From: an uncultured virus (IMG/VR IMGVR_UViG_3300030101_001550) | Taxonomy: Duplodnaviria; Heunggongvirae; Uroviricota; Caudoviricetes | DNA: 20,000 bases | IMG/VR virus record: IMGVR_UViG_3300030101_001550 | Reading direction: 5' to 3' (one strand) | Shown: positions 16,286 to 20,000 of the stretch, one piece after another | How positions within the stretch are numbered: position 1 is the stretch's first letter | How the letters are laid out: every line of letters begins with the position of its first letter | The notes under the pieces: model-generated | Databases searched by the model: none | Seen by the model: only the letters and a program-made list of their open reading frames with translations | Told to the model about the DNA's origin: nothing | Made by a program: the position numbers and the translations under genes

Positions 16286-16302
16286 GATGAGAAAGGACGC
16301 TA

Positions 16303-16479
16303 ATGACTACTAATACATATCTCTTTGATAAACGAGTTAGGTTGCTCGTAAGTCAAGTTGAGAAAGTTAAAAACCAAAAGCCGTATGTGTATGGCCCGGT
16401 CAAGAAAAGACGAGATACCTCCACTGACTTGAGCATGTGGGAGGGTAAACTTAGGGACTTAATGAAAAAACTCCCTTAG
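16303..16479 (+). CDS. Hypothetical protein (58 aa, MTTNTYLFDKRVRLL...MWEGKLRDLMKKLP)
   Basis: GAAAGGA RBS, ATG 16303, TAG 16477-16479. Confidence 0.6.
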   Translation: MTTNTYLFDKRVRLLVSQVEKVKNQKPYVYGPVKKRRDTSTDLSMWEGKLRDLMKKLP

Positions 16480-16672
16480 TATATAGAGGCCATATTGGTT
16501 TTTACGATTTTTCATTTCGCTAAATGGCAATCCCTAATCCCAATACTTGATTCTCTATATCCACTACTAAATTTGCGGGATTACTTATAGTAATTACAAG
16601 TAATCCCTCTAATCCCGAGACCAGACGCAATCTCATCTCATACATCAGAGAGTGTGATATGGCCTCTATATA
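16480..16672. repeat. 193-bp element with perfect 16-bp terminal inverted repeats and internal (T)AATCCC repeats; origin-like
   Basis: TATATAGAGGCCATAT (16480-16495) / ATATGGCCTCTATATA (16657-16672); inner GGGATTACTT (16577-16586) / AAGTAATCCC (16598-16607); four direct AATCCC copies. Confidence 0.75.
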
Positions 16673-16689
16673 TAGAAAGGAAATTAACT

Positions 16690-16755
16690 ATGGACTTATA
16701 TACAATGGCACTTATAGTAGTTGCCGGATTAGTAATTATGATGTTTACTAATTAA
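16690..16755 (+). CDS. Hydrophobic micropeptide (21 aa, MDLYTMALIVVAGLVIMMFTN)
   Basis: AGAAAGGA RBS; single TM-like stretch; ends FTN* like the ORF at 19930. Confidence 0.5.
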   Translation: MDLYTMALIVVAGLVIMMFTN

Positions 16756-16760
16756 AATAA

Positions 16761-16795
16761 ATGTATACTGCTGATTTTATTAATTATATATTATA
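16761..16795 (+). promoter_or_regulatory. AT-rich promoter candidate
   Basis: ATGTATACTGCTGATTTTATTAATTATATATTAT; shares TGATTTTATTA with 19208-19218; RBS AAAGGAG follows. Confidence 0.5.
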
Positions 16796-16823
16796 AATAG
16801 TAATTGTAGAAAGGAGATTATTT

Positions 16824-17153
16824 ATGGCTACAACGCAGTCAACTACAAAAACTAATGGGTCTAAAAAGCCCGTTGTAATTAAAACTCCAAGCGATATGAC
16901 TGGAGTAAAGAAATACGACCACGATGCTAGAATCCAAGTTCTAGTGCCAAAAAACCCTAAACGAGTAGGGTCAGGTGGTTGGAAACGATTTGGTTATTAC
17001 AAAAATGGTATTACTATCAAAGAGTTTTTGGCGAAAGGCGGGAAGACTATCGACTTGGATTGGGATAGAGAACGAGGGTTTATTGCTACTGAAGATAGAG
17101 ATAAATCTGGTTCCAAGAGTAAATCGCCAAAAGCGACATTTACTTTAAAATAA
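16824..17153 (+). CDS. Small basic protein with NPKxxGSxxxxRFxxY motif (putative nucleic-acid binding)
   Basis: KNPKRVGSGGWKRFGYYKNGITIKEFLAKGGKTIDLDWDRERGFI; strong RBS. Confidence 0.75.
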   Translation: MATTQSTTKTNGSKKPVVIKTPSDMTGVKKYDHDARIQVLVPKNPKRVGSGGWKRFGYYKNGITIKEFLAKGGKTIDLDWDRERGFIATEDRDKSGSKSKSPKATFTLK

Positions 17154-17220
17154 TTGTATATATTGTATTCGATTATTTTATTATATAATTATAGGGCGTC
17201 TATCCGTTCAGATGCCCTAT
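17151..17220 (+). promoter_or_regulatory. Promoter candidate followed by a 5' hairpin
   Basis: TAATTGTATATATTGTA repeat, TATAAT at 17184-17189, then the 11-bp stem ATAGGGCGTCT/AGATGCCCTAT (17191-17220). Confidence 0.5.
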
Positions 17221-17246
17221 GCTAACAACTAGAAAGGATACAGAAC

Positions 17247-17432
17247 ATGTTAGGACCATTTACAGACATTAGAAAGCTAGAGATGTATGAGACTAAATCT
17301 GGTAGGTACCAAGCTTATTTCCAATTGACTAGACCGAATGGTGAACGAGAGTTCATTACTCCAGAGCAATATGAGAAAGCTAAAACACAGTTTCTGAGAA
17401 TCCAAAGAAAGAAAGGAAAACGACATGGGTGA
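17247..17432 (+). CDS. Hypothetical protein
   Basis: 61 aa, AGAAAGGA RBS, overlaps the next gene. Confidence 0.6.
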   Translation: MLGPFTDIRKLEMYETKSGRYQAYFQLTRPNGEREFITPEQYEKAKTQFLRIQRKKGKRHG

Positions 17433-17925
17433 TAGAGTTAGTATACAATTTCAAGACAAAGATGGCGACAGTAGTATCTGTTTGTTCCATCACTGGGGCG
17501 GCAAGTGGTTTCCACATTTTGCCGGCGCTTGGTTTATGTTACATAAACAAAAGATTAATCCTAGTCAAGCAACTCCATTAACTAGATTCGAAGCAAGAAA
17601 TGTTATGGTGCAATTTATACAATCGCTTTCAAGATATAATAGTATGCGAGGTATAAAAGGGTTTAGTGGAGATTACGATAATCCTCAAATAGATTATTAT
17701 GATTCTGTAATATCACATAGTATTTACACAGGTGCTACTCCTGATGATGGCGATAACTCAGATAACGGTCATTATACTATACGAACAGACACAGGAGATT
17801 TAAGTAATCAAGATGGCGAGATAATTACCATATGTAACCCTGCTATCATGAAAGAAGTTGAGGCGATGACTAGAAAAACTAACAGAGAAGAAGTTATGGA
17901 GGTACTTAAACAATGCGCGAATTGA
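17425..17925 (+). CDS. Conserved phage hypothetical protein (MGDR...HWGG...DNGHY type)
   Basis: GAAAGGA RBS; MGDRVSI, LFHHWGG and GDNSDNGHYTI motifs. Confidence 0.75.
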   Translation: MGDRVSIQFQDKDGDSSICLFHHWGGKWFPHFAGAWFMLHKQKINPSQATPLTRFEARNVMVQFIQSLSRYNSMRGIKGFSGDYDNPQIDYYDSVISHSIYTGATPDDGDNSDNGHYTIRTDTGDLSNQDGEIITICNPAIMKEVEAMTRKTNREEVMEVLKQCAN

Positions 17926-18002
17926 TTTTATTTCTATCTGGTGCAATGGTGGCTATTTTCGCTATTGTTGTAGTGATAGTTTTTGGTACGATTTTGTTTT
18001 AA
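17913..18002 (+). CDS. Hydrophobic micropeptide (29 aa, MRELILFLSGAMVAIFAIVVVIVFGTILF)
   Basis: GGAGG at 17898-17902, ATG 17913, TAA 18000-18002. Confidence 0.5.
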   Translation: MRELILFLSGAMVAIFAIVVVIVFGTILF

Positions 18003-18043
18003 TTAGTTTACTATTAATAATAACAAAAGAAAGCGAGAACATT

Positions 18044-18358
18044 ATGATTAGAGATAACGACAAACTAAAAGCTTACATCATAGTAGCAGTTAGGGATATT
18101 AGTTTAGAGGATAGCTTAAAGAGCAATCCCTGGTCTCATGTCGTCACTGAAAACATAGACGAAAAACACTGGGATCAAAAGAGTAAACAATATCTAGCTT
18201 ACACAATATACAACGACTTAGACGCCGCAAGAAATTTTGCAGAATGGTGGACAGGTAATTGCGGAATAGAGTGTCAAGTTAAAGAAGTAGAAATCAACAT
18301 TAAAAGTACAGCTTTTGATAATACAGACGAAGGGAGAAAACAACATGCCGCTAACTAA
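18044..18358 (+). CDS. Hypothetical protein
   Basis: 104-aa ORF in the same orientation as the cluster. Confidence 0.65.
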   Translation: MIRDNDKLKAYIIVAVRDISLEDSLKSNPWSHVVTENIDEKHWDQKSKQYLAYTIYNDLDAARNFAEWWTGNCGIECQVKEVEINIKSTAFDNTDEGRKQHAAN

Positions 18359-18554
18359 CAAACACATAAAACCAAAACTAACTGCCAAGCAACAAGAAGA
18401 AGCTTTTGTTTGGTGGTGCAATCAAAATGAAGAAGAACTTAATGTATATTTTAACAAGAATAAAATAACAGAACAGCCTCAAATAACAGCTGTAGCTAAA
18501 GGTCTTTGGCTGGATAGACTAGAGAGGGTAGGACTACGAAGTTGCAATTCCTAG
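18345..18554 (+). CDS. Hypothetical protein
   Basis: Start placed at ATG 18345 (GGGAG upstream) within the 18315-18554 frame. Confidence 0.6.
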   Translation: MPLTNKHIKPKLTAKQQEEAFVWWCNQNEEELNVYFNKNKITEQPQITAVAKGLWLDRLERVGLRSCNS

Positions 18555-18570
18555 AATAAAAACCTATACA
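18542..18570 (+). promoter_or_regulatory. Sigma70-like promoter for terS
   Basis: TTGCAA-N17-TATACA upstream of the GGAGG RBS. Confidence 0.45.
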
Positions 18571-18606
18571 ATTAGCCTTCAATACGATAAATTGGAGGTT
18601 AATTAT

Positions 18607-19050
18607 ATGGATAACATTATTGAATTTAATCAAGTTGAAAATAAGATTTTATCAGACAAAGAAAAGAAGTTCGTCAATAACATAATTTCTGGATTAGGTA
18701 AGAAACAAGCGGCGTTAGAGGCAGGTTATGCTGAATCGTCAGCTCACGTACAAGCTACCCGACTACTAAAAAAGGATAAAATTCTGAGGGCCGTGACCCG
18801 TGCTCGTCAGATTCAGACTCAAAGAACAGTACACACAGTCGAAGAAGAGGTCAAAAAGCTAGACGGGCTGTATGATGCTGCGTGCGATAAGAAACAATTC
18901 GGGGCAGCGGTCCAGGCTGCGAGGTTGAAGGCACAGTTATTGGGGTACCTTGTTGAGAAGAAGGATGTCAAAGTATCACAAGTCGATAACATGGATGAGG
19001 GTGAGTTAGTCGCATACCTTGACAAGTTGAAATTAGACTACGGCGGTTGA
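18607..19050 (+). CDS. terS: Terminase small subunit
   Basis: LSDKEKKFV...KQAALEAGYAESSAHVQATRLLK HTH typical of TerS; AAVQAARLKAQLLG oligomerisation helix; GGAGG RBS supports ATG 18607. Confidence 0.8.
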   Translation: MDNIIEFNQVENKILSDKEKKFVNNIISGLGKKQAALEAGYAESSAHVQATRLLKKDKILRAVTRARQIQTQRTVHTVEEEVKKLDGLYDAACDKKQFGAAVQAARLKAQLLGYLVEKKDVKVSQVDNMDEGELVAYLDKLKLDYGG

Positions 19051-19170
19051 GTGATGCGGCTTGAGCATTGAGCCGTCCGCATTCCACCTCCGTCCTCCCG
19101 CCGCCGGCGGCGGTCGGCGGATGTTTGTCCACACATCAACAACCACAAACCGCCCGGCCTGGGCCGTTTC
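19047..19170. repeat. TTGAGN heptamer repeats plus GC-rich palindromic block
   Basis: TTGAGTG, TTGAGCA and TTGAGCC in 7-nt register (19047-19074); perfect palindrome CCGCCGCCGGCGGCGG (19098-19113). Confidence 0.65.
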
Positions 19171-19196
19171 CATATGTTAATAACTTTGTAAATTAA

Positions 19197-19229
19197 TTGT
19201 TTAATAATGATTTTATTAGTTTATATTAG
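19197..19229 (+). promoter_or_regulatory. AT-rich promoter candidate
   Basis: TTGTTT-N10-TTATTAGTTTATATTAG, repeated with identical spacing at 19879-19911. Confidence 0.55.
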
Positions 19230-19279
19230 TATTATAACATAAGGTTATAGAAAGAATAACGTAAATATAGGAGTTTATA

Positions 19280-19672
19280 ATGACTCAGACTATTAATAAA
19301 AAGTTCCCTACCTCATTCAGAGCGATAGAGAACAGAGCAATCATGTTTCTTTTAGTTAATCAAAAGAAACCATCAGGCAAAGCCTTTGCCCGATACGAAC
19401 TTTACAAAACAACAACTTCGTTACTAGACGCAGTCAATAATGGTTTCACACCGTTAGACATGCAATATGAAACGAAGTCCAACCACCGTTTTAAGAAGTT
19501 CCATACTATGTGTTTCATCGAAGGTGTCAACGTAAACGAAAAAACCAAGACATCTTTAGAAACCGTTATCAATAAGAACAAAGAAGTAGTCAAAGACTTA
19601 CCGACCGCAGTTCAAAAAAAGATAACAGAGAACATCAAGAAGTTCGAGAAACTCATTCAAGCAATCAAGTAA
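19280..19672 (+). CDS. Basic protein, distant paralogue of 16824..17153
   Basis: NQKKPSGKAFARYELYKTTTSLLDAVNNGFTPLDMQYE matches the NPK..G....RF..YK...T.......G....D..W/Y pattern; AGGAG RBS. Confidence 0.75.
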   Translation: MTQTINKKFPTSFRAIENRAIMFLLVNQKKPSGKAFARYELYKTTTSLLDAVNNGFTPLDMQYETKSNHRFKKFHTMCFIEGVNVNEKTKTSLETVINKNKEVVKDLPTAVQKKITENIKKFEKLIQAIK

Positions 19673-19681
19673 ACATATATC

Positions 19682-19708
19682 AAGGCGCCTCAACCAGGCG
19701 CCTTTTTT
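19682..19708 (+). terminator. Rho-independent terminator
   Basis: AAGGCGCCT-CAACC-AGGCGCCTT followed by a T-tract, 10 nt after the stop codon. Confidence 0.85.
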
Positions 19709-19709
19709 C

Positions 19710-19782
19710 TTGAGCATTGAGTCCTTCACCCTCCTCCTCCAGGTGAGTTGAGCACTAAGCCTTGAGCGTTGAGCATTGAGCA
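19710..19782. repeat. TTGAGCA heptamer tandem array interrupted by a CTCCTCCTCC-loop hairpin
   Basis: Units at 19710, 19717, 19748, 19755 (degenerate), 19762, 19769, 19776; stem TTCACC/GGTGAG. Confidence 0.75.
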
Positions 19783-19878
19783 TCAACATTCCACAAAACT
19801 TACGAAGTAAGTTTTATAATCTCCTGTTATAAAAATTTTTTTATAGTAAAAAATAACGAAAATGTAGAGGTTATTTAC

Positions 19879-19911
19879 TTGTTTTTATCTGTTATTATTA
19901 GTTTATATTAG
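19879..19911 (+). promoter_or_regulatory. AT-rich promoter candidate
   Basis: Copy of the 19197-19229 element; RBS AAAGGAG follows. Confidence 0.55.
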
Positions 19912-19929
19912 AAGAACGAAAGGAGAACT

Positions 19930-19989
19930 ATGCTAGAATTTTTACTAATATTTATTTTAGGAATACTAGTTTTAGTATTTACTAATTAA
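19930..19989 (+). CDS. Hydrophobic micropeptide (19 aa, MLEFLLILFLGILVLVFTN)
   Basis: Own promoter candidate and AAAGGAG RBS; ends TTTACTAATTAA like 16690..16755. Confidence 0.55.
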   Translation: MLEFLLIFILGILVLVFTN

Positions 19990-20000
19990 TCGAAATAGTG

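Noticed and set aside
19710..19782. CRISPR-like array
   Set aside because: The repeats are 7-nt tandem units without unique 25-45-nt spacers, and no cas genes are present.
266..19789. All minus-strand ORFs in the provided track (e.g. 266-508, 2146-2469, 4348-4668, 12356-12619, 19598-19789)
   Set aside because: They are short, lie antisense to well-supported + strand genes or repeats, and show no recognisable motifs; treated as shadow ORFs.

Overview
AT-rich dsDNA tailed-phage fragment with every credible gene on the + strand; a low-GC marine alphaproteobacterial host is possible but is only an inference. Bases 1-12816 form a tightly coupled replication operon (many ATGA overlaps): SSB-like protein, AEP primase, DEDDh exonuclease, UvrD helicase, Leu762 family-A DNA polymerase and a PD-(D/E)xK nuclease. 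Embedded in it is an apparent cytosine-hypermodification cluster: a thymidylate-synthase-fold enzyme carrying the dCMP-specifying Asp, a dNMP kinase, a MazG-like pyrophosphohydrolase, a T4 beta-glucosyltransferase-like protein, a UDP-xylose synthase, a class I SAM methyltransferase and a C5-cytosine methyltransferase homologue with Arg at the motif-X Asn position. Together these predict pentosylated (xylosyl-) 5-hydroxymethylcytosine and possibly carboxymethylcytosine. Bases 12800-20000 are an early/accessory region of small ORFs behind a repeated AT-rich promoter family. It also holds two structured GC-rich intergenic RNA candidates, an origin-like element bounded by 16-bp inverted repeats, four single-TM micropeptides, two distant paralogues of one small basic domain, and a lone terminase small subunit followed by TTGAGCA heptamer arrays. 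All family assignments come from motifs recognised by eye; no searches were run.
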